Assembly (NCBI GenBank): GCA_963668025.2
Contig: CAXXTH010000011.1
Span: forward strand, 32,001 to 96,000
Source: Candidatus Hydrogenedentota bacterium
Lineage (GTDB): Bacteria > Hydrogenedentota > Hydrogenedentia > Hydrogenedentales > SLHB01
Reading direction: 5' to 3'
Length of the DNA: 64,000 nt
Below are positions 23,241-33,555 of this stretch, in pieces. Each line of letters starts with the position of its first letter. Position 1 is the stretch's first letter. The notes under the pieces were generated by a model. It was not told the DNA's origin. It saw only the letters and a program-made list of their open reading frames with translations, and did no database searches. The translations under genes were made by a program, and so were the position numbers.

Positions 23241-24155
23241 GTGACACAGCCAGCGCCACGAAAAATGAATGTCGCGATTCTCGGCAGCGGCAATATAGGC
23301 ACGGATCTGCTGATTAAAGTGATGCGGTCGCCCTATTTGCATTGCTCTTTGTTTATCGGCAGGCGATTTGATTCGCCTGGCATGGCCAAGGCGATGAGCC
23401 TCGGGGTGCGCGTGTCGGACAAAAGCATCCACGCCCTCGAAGAAGAGCCGGATTGCTGCGAATTAGCCTTTGACGCTACATCCGCCCAAGACCATCTGCG
23501 CCATTGGCCCATTTTGCAACGCCTGGGCATTCGCGCCATTGATCTGACGCCCGCGAAGCTGGGTGTTCTATGCGTGCCCGCCGTGAATCTCGCGGATTGC
23601 CTGGATGCGCCTAACGTGAACACCATCAGTTGCGGCGGCCAGACATCCATCCCGATAGCGCATGCCATCGGGCAAGTTCATGACGAAGTGGAATATATCG
23701 AGGTGGTTTCCACGATTGCCTCCAGAAGCGCTGGCCCGGGCACGCGCGTGAATATCGATGAATACATCAACACCACAGAAACGGGCATTCTCGCGTTCTC
23801 GAACTGCAAGCGTGCGAAAGTGATTTTGAATCTGAATCCGGCTGTACCGCCCATCATCATGCAGACAACGGTTTTCGCCAAAGTGGCCCATCCCAACATG
23901 CCCGCACTGCAAACTGCCGTTGAGGCCATGGTGCAGAAAATCCGCACCTATGTGCCTGGGTATCAGCTTGTGCTCGGGCCGTTGATCGAAGATGGACGCA
24001 TCATTACCATGGTTCGCGTGCAAGGCCTCGGCGATTATCTCCAAAAATATGCCGGCAACCTGGATATTATCAATTGCGCCGCATTGACGGCCGCGGAAGC
24101 GTTTGCCCAGCATCATCAAAGTGGGGGAAAGGAAGCGGATGCATGCCCAAGGTAA
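23241..24155 (+). CDS. mhpF: Acetaldehyde dehydrogenase (acetylating), DmpF/MhpF family
   Basis: GSGNIGTDL, FDATSA, DLTPA, ISCGGQ, SAGPGTR.NIDEY and YAGNLDII motifs. Confidence 0.92.
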   Translation: MTQPAPRKMNVAILGSGNIGTDLLIKVMRSPYLHCSLFIGRRFDSPGMAKAMSLGVRVSDKSIHALEEEPDCCELAFDATSAQDHLRHWPILQRLGIRAIDLTPAKLGVLCVPAVNLADCLDAPNVNTISCGGQTSIPIAHAIGQVHDEVEYIEVVSTIASRSAGPGTRVNIDEYINTTETGILAFSNCKRAKVILNLNPAVPPIIMQTTVFAKVAHPNMPALQTAVEAMVQKIRTYVPGYQLVLGPLIEDGRIITMVRVQGLGDYLQKYAGNLDIINCAALTAAEAFAQHHQSGGKEADACPR

Positions 24156-25168
24156 TTGTTCATGACCCCACGCTGCGCGATGGCAACCATGCCGTGAAGC
24201 ACCAGATCACTGCGGAACAAACGGCCATATACGCCGAAGCCGCGGATGCGGCGGGCATTCCCATCGTCGAAGTAGGGCACGGCAACGGCTTGGGCGCTTC
24301 ATCGCTTCAAGTGGGCTTAAGCCCGCTTGATGACGCCACGCGCCTGCGCGTTGCGCGGGAGAAGCTGCGCCATTCCAAGCTGGGCGTCCATGACATACCC
24401 GGCTTCTCGACCATCGAACGCGATCTCGGACCGGCCCTCGATTTAGGTGTCGATGTGGTCCGCGTCGCCTGCCACTGCACCGAGGCGGACATCACCCAGC
24501 GCCACATCGGATATGTGCGTGAACGGGGCAAGGAAGCGTATGGCACGCTCATGATGAGCCATATGGCCTCCGATGAGGTGCTGTTGGAAGAATGCCAAAA
24601 GCTGGAATCTTATGGGGCGGACGGCGTCGTGCTGATGGACTCGGCGGGCGCGTCGTTGCCGTCGGACGTGCGGTCCCGCATCGGGTTGCTGGTCCGCAAT
24701 CTGTCTATCCCTGTTTTTTTCCATGCCCATAATAATCTGGGAATGGCCATCGCCAACTCGCTGGCGGCGTTGGAAGCCGGCGCTTCCGGAGTGGATGGAT
24801 GCGCCTGCGGTTTTGGTGCGGGAGCGGGCAACGCCCAGCTCGAAGTGCTGGTCGCCGTCCTCGAAAAGTCCGGCTATTCCACGGGGATAGACCTGTATAA
24901 GGTGCTGGATTTGAGCGATATCGCCCGAAAATATCTTGTGACGGAGCTGCCAAGCATCAAGCCGGTCAGCATCGTTAGCGGGCTTGCCGGGGTGTTCTCG
25001 GCCTTTGCCAAACACGTGGAACGCGCCGCGAAAGAATATGACGTGGACCCGCGCGATATCTTCTTCCGGCTCGGTGAAATGCGCGTGGTTGCGGGCCAGG
25101 AAGACCTGATCATCGAGGTGGCCGAACAGCTCCATGCCGCGAAAAAAGAAAAGGGAGGGCGCTCATGA
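24143..25168 (+). CDS. dmpG: 4-hydroxy-2-oxovalerate aldolase, DmpG/MhpE family
   Basis: DPTLRDGNHA, EVGHGNGLG, HCTEAD, HAHNNLG, GAGAGNA and VAGQED motifs. Confidence 0.92.
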   Translation: MPKVIVHDPTLRDGNHAVKHQITAEQTAIYAEAADAAGIPIVEVGHGNGLGASSLQVGLSPLDDATRLRVAREKLRHSKLGVHDIPGFSTIERDLGPALDLGVDVVRVACHCTEADITQRHIGYVRERGKEAYGTLMMSHMASDEVLLEECQKLESYGADGVVLMDSAGASLPSDVRSRIGLLVRNLSIPVFFHAHNNLGMAIANSLAALEAGASGVDGCACGFGAGAGNAQLEVLVAVLEKSGYSTGIDLYKVLDLSDIARKYLVTELPSIKPVSIVSGLAGVFSAFAKHVERAAKEYDVDPRDIFFRLGEMRVVAGQEDLIIEVAEQLHAAKKEKGGRS

Positions 25169-26226
25169 TCACCGAACAACGGCGGATTGTGGCGGAAGAC
25201 TGCGCCCAAGCGCTCGATAAAGGACACGAAGCGCTGCGCGAGTTGCATGGGGCGGTGCTGCTCGCCACGGGAGGCACGGGATTTCTCGGCGCATGGCTCG
25301 CCGAGATGATCACGCGCCTGAACGACAGTTATGGGTTTGGCTGCAAGCTATACTTGTTATCAAGCCGCGCCAGCGCTTTCGCGGAACGGCTGCCCTATCT
25401 GGCCGCACGCAAGGAAATCACCCTCATCGAGCGCGATGTTCGAAGCGTAATCGAGCTGCCCAGCGATATCACCCATATCATCCACGCCGCCGCATCGCCG
25501 GATAGCCGCTTGCATGTTTCCGATCCGCTTCGCACCATTCAAGTGATAGTCCAAGGCGCCACGGCCGTACTCGAGGCGGCGGTCCGCTTGCCGGAGTTGC
25601 AACGCATCCTCCACATTAGTTCGGGCCAAGTGTATGGGCATCAGCCTTATGAATTGCCCAATTTGCCGGAAGAATTCTGGGGGGCGCTCGATCCCAATGC
25701 CATAGGCGCGGCTTACCCAGAAGCCAAGCGGTGCGCCGAAACCATCTGCGCCGCCTACCGGCACGGATACCGCATGCATATCGCCATCGCCAGGCCATTC
25801 GCCTATATCGGGCCTCATCAGCCCCTCGACAAGCCATGGGCCGTGAATAATTTCCTGCGGGATGGCCTGCTTGGCGGCCCTATCCGCATCCTAGGCGCTC
25901 CCGAAACCGTGCGCAGCTATTTATATGCCAGCGATATGGCGTTTTGGATGCTGCGCATGCTTGCATCGTCGAAAACAAGCCAATGCTTCAATATTGGCAG
26001 TCCCGAAGGCGTAACACTGCATGACTTGGCGCGGCGCATCGCGGCCCAGTGTGGCGGCCAAGTGGAAGTGCAACTGCCGGTTCTGCCAGCGGAGGCCCCG
26101 CCCCCGACGCGTTTCGTGCCCGATACGAGCCTGGCGAAAAAGACCCTCGGCTTGGAGGCCACTGTTGGCTTGGACGACGCCATCACCCGCACCCTGCGGT
26201 GGCACCGGAGCGCCGCGCCATGCTGA
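25165..26226 (+). CDS. NAD-dependent epimerase/dehydratase/reductase (extended SDR)
   Basis: TGGTGFLG, ISSGQVYG and YPEAK motifs. Confidence 0.88.
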   Translation: MITEQRRIVAEDCAQALDKGHEALRELHGAVLLATGGTGFLGAWLAEMITRLNDSYGFGCKLYLLSSRASAFAERLPYLAARKEITLIERDVRSVIELPSDITHIIHAAASPDSRLHVSDPLRTIQVIVQGATAVLEAAVRLPELQRILHISSGQVYGHQPYELPNLPEEFWGALDPNAIGAAYPEAKRCAETICAAYRHGYRMHIAIARPFAYIGPHQPLDKPWAVNNFLRDGLLGGPIRILGAPETVRSYLYASDMAFWMLRMLASSKTSQCFNIGSPEGVTLHDLARRIAAQCGGQVEVQLPVLPAEAPPPTRFVPDTSLAKKTLGLEATVGLDDAITRTLRWHRSAAPC

Positions 26227-26744
26227 TAGCCGGGTGGAGCGCGGTGTTTTTTCTTGCCGCGCTGCTTGCATCAATCGTGCGCTGGCGGGGCCTGCCGGTG
26301 CGCCAGCGCGCCATGTGCATCCTTTCCAGCTCACTGGCGGTTATTCCTGTGCTAGCCGCATTGCTGTGCGGTTTGCAATTTTTAGGACTGCCTTGGCGTT
26401 TTTTGGCATTATCTTGGGTGGAGGTGATATATGTCTTCATCGCTTCAGGAGCGTTTTCCTACGTGAGCATGGTGGTGGTATCCCTCGCGTCCGATGGCGA
26501 AAGCCCCACCTTGCGGCTAGTGGCCGCACTCGAGGCCGCCGCCCCTGATGGGCTGTCCATGGCCGATGCCCGGGAGCGGTTATCCGTTCGTGGTGAAGTA
26601 ATGGCCCGCCTTGATACGCTGCTGGCGGATGGATGGGCGGAGATGCGGGGAGAGCGTTGCATGCTCACTTCAAAAGGGCGGTTTCCGCTTCAATTAGCGC
26701 GTTGGGTCCGGCGTATTGCAGGCCTATCGAACGGGCTTGGATGA
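26220..26744 (+). CDS. Membrane protein, 3-4 TMs plus C-terminal winged-helix-like domain (paralog 1)
   Basis: ATG at 26220 overlaps the upstream gene; hydrophobic N-half; SPTLRL...PDGLS...RLDTL..DG...LTSKG. Confidence 0.65.
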   Translation: MLIAGWSAVFFLAALLASIVRWRGLPVRQRAMCILSSSLAVIPVLAALLCGLQFLGLPWRFLALSWVEVIYVFIASGAFSYVSMVVVSLASDGESPTLRLVAALEAAAPDGLSMADARERLSVRGEVMARLDTLLADGWAEMRGERCMLTSKGRFPLQLARWVRRIAGLSNGLG

Positions 26745-26751
26745 CCACACG

Positions 26752-27264
26752 ATGCAAAGTGAATATTTAATACATGCATTATGCCTGGCGTGCGGCTTGG
26801 CCTGCCACATCGTGGCGCTTCTACTATTGGCGCGAATGTCTAATGCGGTTTTTCGCAATATATTGCTCGCATTTTCGTCGGGATTAATAGTGTTAGCCCT
26901 TTCCCAAACAGCAACTTTTTTCCTATTCCGGCTTAACGTAGCCGATTTCCTGGCAATGGCTATCTTGAATCTGGCGCTATATGGGATATTAGCGTTTCTT
27001 GTGTGCCATTTTCTTCTTCTAGGCCTCTGCTCATTGCGGTTGCGCATTCTTGAGGTGCTGGACGAATATCCCGAAGGCCTTACGGGAGAAGCGCTTTGTG
27101 AAGCACTCGGGGTGGAAGAGCTTACTCAACGCCGCCTTGACCGCCTCCAGGCAAGCGGGGCAGTCAAGAACAACAATGATCACATCCAGCTTGGGCGCAG
27201 TTATCTGATATTGATCTCTCATACAATACTGTTTTTAAGGCGGTATATTGGAAAGTGTTGCTAA
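26752..27264 (+). CDS. Membrane protein, 3-4 TMs plus C-terminal winged-helix-like domain (paralog 2)
   Basis: Hydrophobic N-half; SLRLRI...PEGLT...RLDRL..SG. Confidence 0.65.
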   Translation: MQSEYLIHALCLACGLACHIVALLLLARMSNAVFRNILLAFSSGLIVLALSQTATFFLFRLNVADFLAMAILNLALYGILAFLVCHFLLLGLCSLRLRILEVLDEYPEGLTGEALCEALGVEELTQRRLDRLQASGAVKNNNDHIQLGRSYLILISHTILFLRRYIGKCC

Positions 27265-27412
27265 CTCTGGTTGTTGGACTGTAACGAGTAAAGCTGTTAC
27301 GATGAATAGATTGATGCCTCGGGGAGCATGGGCTAACCCAATATAATGCGGCATAAGGCAAAAAACTGAGGATTGAATAACGTGCAATTACACCTCGCCA
27401 AACTTAGGATTA

Positions 27413-28105
27413 GTGAATGATATAATGGACAAAGTGAAATCATATTTGTCTAGTGCTATTTTCGCTAGATTTCCGGCCTCGATAGCGCTCGGGCTTTCCT
27501 TTGTACTTTTAATTACGCCTATGGATGCGCTATGGAAGAGTCATAAATACAATTATTGGGGTATTGACAAACCGAATATCTATCTCGATATAGATCCCGT
27601 TTTGAGCATGATGTCTACAAATGGCTATTGTGGGCCTACTGGCGCATTGTGGTACATTCTGCGCAAATACACGCCTGAACGAGAGCAGATGCCCATTATC
27701 ATTTTCCCGCCTATTAATCCAGGAACAATGGGTAAAGCAGACGCTAGAATTTATGGAATGCTCGAGCCTAATCCCGAAGGCTGGTCTATCGAAGATGCCG
27801 CGGCGCCCAATTTATCTAAAGAGCAAGTGGAAGCGTTATTCTCTATCATCGATTATGATATGGTTAGAATGCCGACGAAACCTTCCGGCATAAAAGGGTG
27901 GATAATAAAAAATAGGCAAATGCCGCAATGTATTTTTTGCATCCCTAGCAATTTGTTGAAACTATATGCCGGCAATATGGCGTCTGCCCCAGGAATAGAC
28001 GCGCGTTTGAAGCTTTATGTCCGGTATGCCGAATATGGAAAAATGAAAAGGTATATATTGCTGGTGCCATTGAACTACCTAGAATTACTAGATGAAAAAT
28101 CCTGA
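27413..28105 (+). CDS. Hypothetical membrane-anchored protein (AT-rich)
   Basis: 230-aa ORF with one N-terminal hydrophobic segment. Confidence 0.55.
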   Translation: MNDIMDKVKSYLSSAIFARFPASIALGLSFVLLITPMDALWKSHKYNYWGIDKPNIYLDIDPVLSMMSTNGYCGPTGALWYILRKYTPEREQMPIIIFPPINPGTMGKADARIYGMLEPNPEGWSIEDAAAPNLSKEQVEALFSIIDYDMVRMPTKPSGIKGWIIKNRQMPQCIFCIPSNLLKLYAGNMASAPGIDARLKLYVRYAEYGKMKRYILLVPLNYLELLDEKS

Positions 28106-28192
28106 ATTCCGGTGCAAAAGAAAACACTGCTGAATGGTTAATATACGCATAATGTTTTTCCATGAATAGCAGTATATGTTAGGGGAGACTAA

Positions 28193-29758
28193 ATGGAGCC
28201 AAATATTCCATATTGGTTCGCATCCACGCTGTATTATAATATATTGCTGTTATCAGGGATCTCTTCCGCTTGCATTCTAAATGTAAAATTTAAAACGATT
28301 CCGATGATGGTTTTTTGCCATTTTGCAGGGCTTGTATATATTTCATTAATAGCCACCCTCTCTTTGCTTTGCCTGGATCAAATTCATTTGCCTGTGCTTA
28401 TCTGCATGTCATTTATTCCAATAACGATTTTTATATACAAAAACAATGAGAATAATGACTTTTTGAAGCGGTTGTTCTACATGCTTATTCTCGGTAATCT
28501 CATGCACATATTCTCAGATGAAATCGGCCAGCTTACGCATGTCATGCAAGCAGATTCCGTACACTCGTATTTTGCAGGCTTTGCCATAAGCAAGCATGGA
28601 GTGTCCATGCTCAAATCGTATACGGCTGACGATCCGTTTCTCAATCCTGGCGCTATACTCTGCTTCATCCGATGGCCATTTATCGTATTAAATATCGCGG
28701 CTGCCGCTTCTTGCGGGCTTTTTACGCTCCCGTGGCTCCTTCCCCTTCTTGCCATGCAAATAGGCCTTTTGATTTATTGGGGAATATCGCAAATCTGTTG
28801 CCAGAAAAAAAACACCTTGTTTTTTTCAGTGCTTGCGGCAGCCGCTTTCGGAGCTGCGTTTTTTACGCCGGAATCTAAGTTTCTACTGGCTAATTTGAGG
28901 GCAAACATGGTTTCATCCTGTTTCACCATGGCAGGCCTCATCTTTTTCGTTGTGGGCGAATCCAAAAAGAAAATTTCGTATTCAAACGTGGGCCTTATTT
29001 TACTGGGAGCATGCATTTCCATCCGGCCTTCAGGAGTTGGCATGATGCTGCCCTTGTATATGTATTGCATTCTTACATCCGAAACAATGGCCTCAAGAAA
29101 CCTTATGATGAATATTTTCATTGTATTGGTGACTATTATCAATATACCCGTTTTTCAATGGATGCTCTTCCATGGGGTCAAACTGAATGGGAATGAAGCC
29201 AGTTTCTCTTCATTATTTTATACATTCCCCGTATGTGTATGCGGTATGTTGTTCGCGTTGTGTTTCCGGTTTTTCCGAAAATGGATAAGCCACTTAGCGC
29301 TGCCAGTAGGACTGCTAATCATTTTCGAACTGGCCATTCTTTTCTTCTTATTTGCTCCGCATTTATGGCCCGTTTATAAGTTTTTATTTTTATACGTGTT
29401 TGACTGCAAATATATGTCTTATCTAGGCATTCTTCTCACAGCTTCTTCCGTGGCGTGCCTTTTTCTCCCCGATTCACATGCAGCCAAGAGATTTGGCGTT
29501 TTGATGCTAGTGGCGTTCATTTCGTTTCTTGGGTTTTACTTCATGGTGCTCTCCATGACGAATCCCGAATGGTTTTATTATACGGAAAAAATAACTACGG
29601 CGACGAAGTTCTCGGAATTTCGCGGCGCCTCAATCATGCGGGATTACTCGACAATCACCCAGTTGCTGCCGGTTTTCATCGTGTTTACTATTTGCGGATA
29701 CTGGGAAAAAGCTTTTACCAAAAAACAGGATAACTTAGCTATTTGTACGGGAAATTAG
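28193..29758 (+). CDS. Polytopic membrane protein, possible GT-C-fold glycosyltransferase
   Basis: Roughly a dozen hydrophobic segments; acidic ADS motif in an early loop; sugar-cluster context; AT-rich. Confidence 0.55.
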   Translation: MEPNIPYWFASTLYYNILLLSGISSACILNVKFKTIPMMVFCHFAGLVYISLIATLSLLCLDQIHLPVLICMSFIPITIFIYKNNENNDFLKRLFYMLILGNLMHIFSDEIGQLTHVMQADSVHSYFAGFAISKHGVSMLKSYTADDPFLNPGAILCFIRWPFIVLNIAAAASCGLFTLPWLLPLLAMQIGLLIYWGISQICCQKKNTLFFSVLAAAAFGAAFFTPESKFLLANLRANMVSSCFTMAGLIFFVVGESKKKISYSNVGLILLGACISIRPSGVGMMLPLYMYCILTSETMASRNLMMNIFIVLVTIINIPVFQWMLFHGVKLNGNEASFSSLFYTFPVCVCGMLFALCFRFFRKWISHLALPVGLLIIFELAILFFLFAPHLWPVYKFLFLYVFDCKYMSYLGILLTASSVACLFLPDSHAAKRFGVLMLVAFISFLGFYFMVLSMTNPEWFYYTEKITTATKFSEFRGASIMRDYSTITQLLPVFIVFTICGYWEKAFTKKQDNLAICTGN

Positions 29759-29789
29759 TGTGTGGATTTGCATATAATCGTGAGCTTAA

Positions 29790-30368
29790 ATGCTAATGGG
29801 CAAACGCGCGTGGATTACTCTCGATAGCCGGGAAGCCTATTCGGATCGCGGATTCACGGTAGTCGAAAACCAAGTGGCCCGCCCAGATGGAGCGGTTGCT
29901 CCATACGGCGTGGTTCATGCCTTGCCGGGAACATCCGTCGTTGTGTTGTCTTCTTCTTTAGAAGTCACGCTTGTGCGCCAGTATCGTTACCCGCTAGACC
30001 GGTATACATGGGAGCTGCCGGGTGGTGGTGTTGAAGAAAACGAAACTCCATTATGCGGCGTCCAACGGGAACTCTGGGAAGAAACAGGCATTACCGCCCG
30101 GCGCTGGATGCCCCTGGGAGACGTGGTTCACGTGAACAGCAGCATTTCCACCCAAACGAGTTTTGCTTTTCTTGCGTGGGATCTAGTAGGCAGAAGCGGC
30201 CCGAAAGACGAAATGGAGATATCGGATATTCAACTTGTTACAATCGAGGCAGCGATAGAGATGGCGGAGCGCGGCGTAATTTCCGATGCGCTCAGCCAGA
30301 TAGCTTTATTGCGCGCCTACAATGTCATCCGAGATGCGAACTGGCGGGACACCGTTTTTGCGAAATAA
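29790..30368 (+). CDS. NUDIX hydrolase (ADP-ribose pyrophosphatase-like)
   Basis: VRQYRYP, and Nudix box ELPGGGVEENETPLCGVQRELWEETG. Confidence 0.9.
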   Translation: MLMGKRAWITLDSREAYSDRGFTVVENQVARPDGAVAPYGVVHALPGTSVVVLSSSLEVTLVRQYRYPLDRYTWELPGGGVEENETPLCGVQRELWEETGITARRWMPLGDVVHVNSSISTQTSFAFLAWDLVGRSGPKDEMEISDIQLVTIEAAIEMAERGVISDALSQIALLRAYNVIRDANWRDTVFAK

Positions 30369-30395
30369 TGCGAATGAGCTTATAAGGGGACTATA

Positions 30396-31163
30396 ATGAA
30401 GTGCGTGATTTTAGCTGGTGGATATGGCACGCGTATCAGCGAGTATACGGATGTGCGCCCTAAGCCGATGATCGAGATCGGGAATATGCCCATTTTGTGG
30501 CATATCATGAAAACCTATTCGGCTCATGGCATCAATGATTTTGTCATCTGCCTCGGATACAAATCCTATGTGATAAAAGAATATTTCTCGAATTACTATC
30601 TCCACATGTCCGATGTCACCTTCGATATGTCCAACAATAATATGACCATTCACCACAGTTATTCTGAACCATGGCGTGTGACGCTGATCGACACGGGGAT
30701 CAACACCATGACGGGAGGCCGCCTCAAGCGCGCGGAGGATTTCCTGGATGAGGATGATTTCTGTTTCACCTACGGCGATGGGGTGAGCGATATCAATATA
30801 ACGGATTTGATCGCCTTTCATAAAAAGCACGGCGGGCTTGCGACCTTGACCGCCGTGCAGCCGCCTGGCCGTTTCGGCGGGCTCCGGCTGGATAAAGGGC
30901 GGGTATGCGAATTCCGTGAGAAGCCCGCGGGTGATGGCGGCTGGATCAACGGCGGCTTCTTTGTGCTGTCGCCCAAGGTACTCGAGTATATTGATGATGA
31001 CGCCACTGTCTGGGAGCGGGAGCCTTTGGAACGCCTTGCGGCGGAACGGCAGCTCCATGCCTACAAGCATCTCGGTTTCTGGCATGCGATGGACACGTTG
31101 CGCGATAAAATTGCATTGGACAAGCTCTGGGACAACGGACAAGCGCCGTGGAAACAGTGGTAA
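30396..31163 (+). CDS. rfbF: Glucose-1-phosphate cytidylyltransferase
   Basis: LAGGYGTRISE, PKPMIEIG, TMTGGRLKR, TYGDG, FWHAMDTLRD and APWK motifs. Confidence 0.96.
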   Translation: MKCVILAGGYGTRISEYTDVRPKPMIEIGNMPILWHIMKTYSAHGINDFVICLGYKSYVIKEYFSNYYLHMSDVTFDMSNNNMTIHHSYSEPWRVTLIDTGINTMTGGRLKRAEDFLDEDDFCFTYGDGVSDINITDLIAFHKKHGGLATLTAVQPPGRFGGLRLDKGRVCEFREKPAGDGGWINGGFFVLSPKVLEYIDDDATVWEREPLERLAAERQLHAYKHLGFWHAMDTLRDKIALDKLWDNGQAPWKQW

Positions 31164-31172
31164 GGAGCGCGG

Positions 31173-32243
31173 ATGAACACGGAGATCTATCGCGGGGCGC
31201 GCGTCCTGCTGACGGGGCATACCGGATTCAAAGGGTCATGGCTTAGCATTTGGCTTCAACGCCTTGGCTCGAAAGTCACCGGTTTAGCCCTCGATCCACC
31301 CACCCAGCCTAATCTGTTTACAGAAGCCAACGTCGGTGGGCTTGTCACCGATCTGCGGGGAGACATCCGAAATCTGGATGACGTGGCGGAAGCCGTCCGC
31401 CAGGCCGAACCGGATGTGGTTTTCCATCTGGCCGCCCAGCCGCTCGTCCGGTTGTCGTACAACGAACCTAAGTACACGTTTGACACCAATGTGGGTGGAA
31501 CAGTCAACGTGCTCGAGGCGTTGCGCGCCAGCAAGTCGGTGCGCGCCATCGTTGTCGTGACATCGGATAAATGTTACGAAAACCGGGAATGGCCCTATGC
31601 CTACCGCGAGTCCGATCCGCTTGGCGGACGTGATCCGTATAGCGCATCTAAAGGAGCGGCGGAGATCGTCGCGGCATCATATGCCCGCTCGTTTTTTGAT
31701 GGGGTTGGCGTTCCGTTGGCTACGGCCCGCGCAGGCAATGTCATCGGCGGCGGCGACTGGGCCGCCGACCGCATCATCCCAGACGCCGTGCGGGCATTGC
31801 AGGATGGCCAGCCCGTGCCCGTGCGCAATCCCGATGCCGTCCGGCCTTGGCAGCATGTATTGGAGCCGCTGTGCGGCTATCTGGCGCTGGGAGCATGCTT
31901 GTTGGCCCGTCCAGACGGCATCCATTACGCGGAAGCGTGGAACTTCGCGCCTGCGGCCAGCTCTTGCCAGCCGGTGCGCGCACTGATTTCGGCCTTTATC
32001 CAGCATTACGGAACAGGCGCGTGGACGGATCTTTCGGACAAGCAAGTGCAAGCGCCGCACGAGGCGAATCTGTTGGCGCTTGCGGCGGACAAGGCCTTCC
32101 GGCGGCTCGGATGGCGGCCCCGGTGGGATTTTGGCCAAGCTGTCCAACATGCCAGTTCGTGGTACCGCCGCCATGGCGGCGGTGAATCCGCTTTAGACCT
32201 GTGTATAGAAGATATAGAATCCTATATAAGGAGTGAATCGTGA
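31173..32243 (+). CDS. rfbG: CDP-glucose 4,6-dehydratase
   Basis: [44 protein letters not shown] and [10 protein letters not shown] motifs. Confidence 0.96.
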   Translation: MNTEIYRGARVLLTGHTGFKGSWLSIWLQRLGSKVTGLALDPPTQPNLFTEANVGGLVTDLRGDIRNLDDVAEAVRQAEPDVVFHLAAQPLVRLSYNEPKYTFDTNVGGTVNVLEALRASKSVRAIVVVTSDKCYENREWPYAYRESDPLGGRDPYSASKGAAEIVAASYARSFFDGVGVPLATARAGNVIGGGDWAADRIIPDAVRALQDGQPVPVRNPDAVRPWQHVLEPLCGYLALGACLLARPDGIHYAEAWNFAPAASSCQPVRALISAFIQHYGTGAWTDLSDKQVQAPHEANLLALAADKAFRRLGWRPRWDFGQAVQHASSWYRRHGGGESALDLCIEDIESYIRSES

Positions 32244-33553
32244 GTACTGAGGCTGAATTGCGCCAGCAGATCAAAGAGCTGGTCACTGCGTTTTGTGAAA
32301 CCCGCTTTGCCGGAAAGGCCTTCATTCCCGGTGAAACGCGCATACCCTATGCCGGGCGTGTGTATGATGCCGCCGAAATGACGGCCCTCGTCGAGTCCGG
32401 CCTCGATTTCTGGCTGACGGCGGGCCGGTTTAGTGAAGAAATGGAATCGGAGCTTGCCGCCTATTTCGGCCTCAACGACGCCATTTTAGTTAATAGCGGG
32501 TCGAGTGCGAATCTCATCGCCTTGTCTTCGCTGACTTCGCCCAAGCTGGGCGAACGCCGGCTCAAGCCGGGAGATGAGGTGATTACCGTGGCCGCGGGAT
32601 TTCCCGCCACGGTTAGCCCCATCGTGCAGAACCAACTCATCCCCGTGTTCATCGATGTCGAAATGGCGACGTATAACACGACTCCCGAACGGGTCGCGGC
32701 CGCGATAAGCCCCAAGACAAAGGCCATCATGATCGCCCATACCATGGGAAATCCGTTCGATGCGCCCGCCATCGCGGCATTGGCCGAGGAGCATGGGCTT
32801 TGGCTCATTGAGGACAACTGCGACGCCTTGGGCACGCGCATCGGCGGACGCCTGACAGGCACCTTCGGGCATCTGGCCACGGAATCCTTTTATCCGGCCC
32901 ATCACATCACCATGGGGGAGGGCGGATGCGTGCTCACCGATGATGAGGATTTGGCCCGCATTGCCCGTTCCTTCCGCGATTGGGGGCGGGACTGCTATTG
33001 CTCGAGCGGCGAGACCAATACCTGCGGGCGGCGCTTCACCCAGCAATTCGGCACACTGCCCAAAGGCTACGATCATAAATATGTCTATTCCCATATCGGC
33101 TATAACCTTAAAGTGACCGATATGCAGGCCGCCGTAGGTTGCGCCCAACTCAAAAAACTGCCCCAGTTCATCGAAGCCCGCAAGCGCAATTGGCGGGCGC
33201 TGCGTAACGGCTTGGAGCCCTACGCGGAACGCCTCGTGCTTCCCGAAGCGACGACTGGCAGCGATCCATCCTGGTTCGGAGTGGTGTTATCCGTCGCCGA
33301 AGGCGCCGGTTTCTCGCGTAATGACCTGACGGGATTTTTAGAAGAACACAAGATCGAGACCCGTAATCTCTTTGGCGGCAACCTGCTGCGCCATCCCGCG
33401 TTCATCGACATCGAGCACCGGGTTTCGGGGACGCTCCATAATGCCGACCGCATCACGGAGCAGACCTTCTTTGTGGGCTGTTATCCGGGCTTGACGGATG
33501 CGCATATTCAATATATGCTCGAAACATTCGCCCAATTCTTCGAAAGGAAATAG
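32240..33553 (+). CDS. rfbH: CDP-4-keto-6-deoxyglucose 3-dehydratase (E1; RfbH/DdhC/AscC)
   Basis: NSGSSANL; [14 protein letters not shown] (His replaces the aminotransferase Lys); RDWGRDCYC...NTC Fe-S ligands; YDHKY. Confidence 0.95.
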   Translation: MSTEAELRQQIKELVTAFCETRFAGKAFIPGETRIPYAGRVYDAAEMTALVESGLDFWLTAGRFSEEMESELAAYFGLNDAILVNSGSSANLIALSSLTSPKLGERRLKPGDEVITVAAGFPATVSPIVQNQLIPVFIDVEMATYNTTPERVAAAISPKTKAIMIAHTMGNPFDAPAIAALAEEHGLWLIEDNCDALGTRIGGRLTGTFGHLATESFYPAHHITMGEGGCVLTDDEDLARIARSFRDWGRDCYCSSGETNTCGRRFTQQFGTLPKGYDHKYVYSHIGYNLKVTDMQAAVGCAQLKKLPQFIEARKRNWRALRNGLEPYAERLVLPEATTGSDPSWFGVVLSVAEGAGFSRNDLTGFLEEHKIETRNLFGGNLLRHPAFIDIEHRVSGTLHNADRITEQTFFVGCYPGLTDAHIQYMLETFAQFFERK

Positions 33554-33555
33554 CC

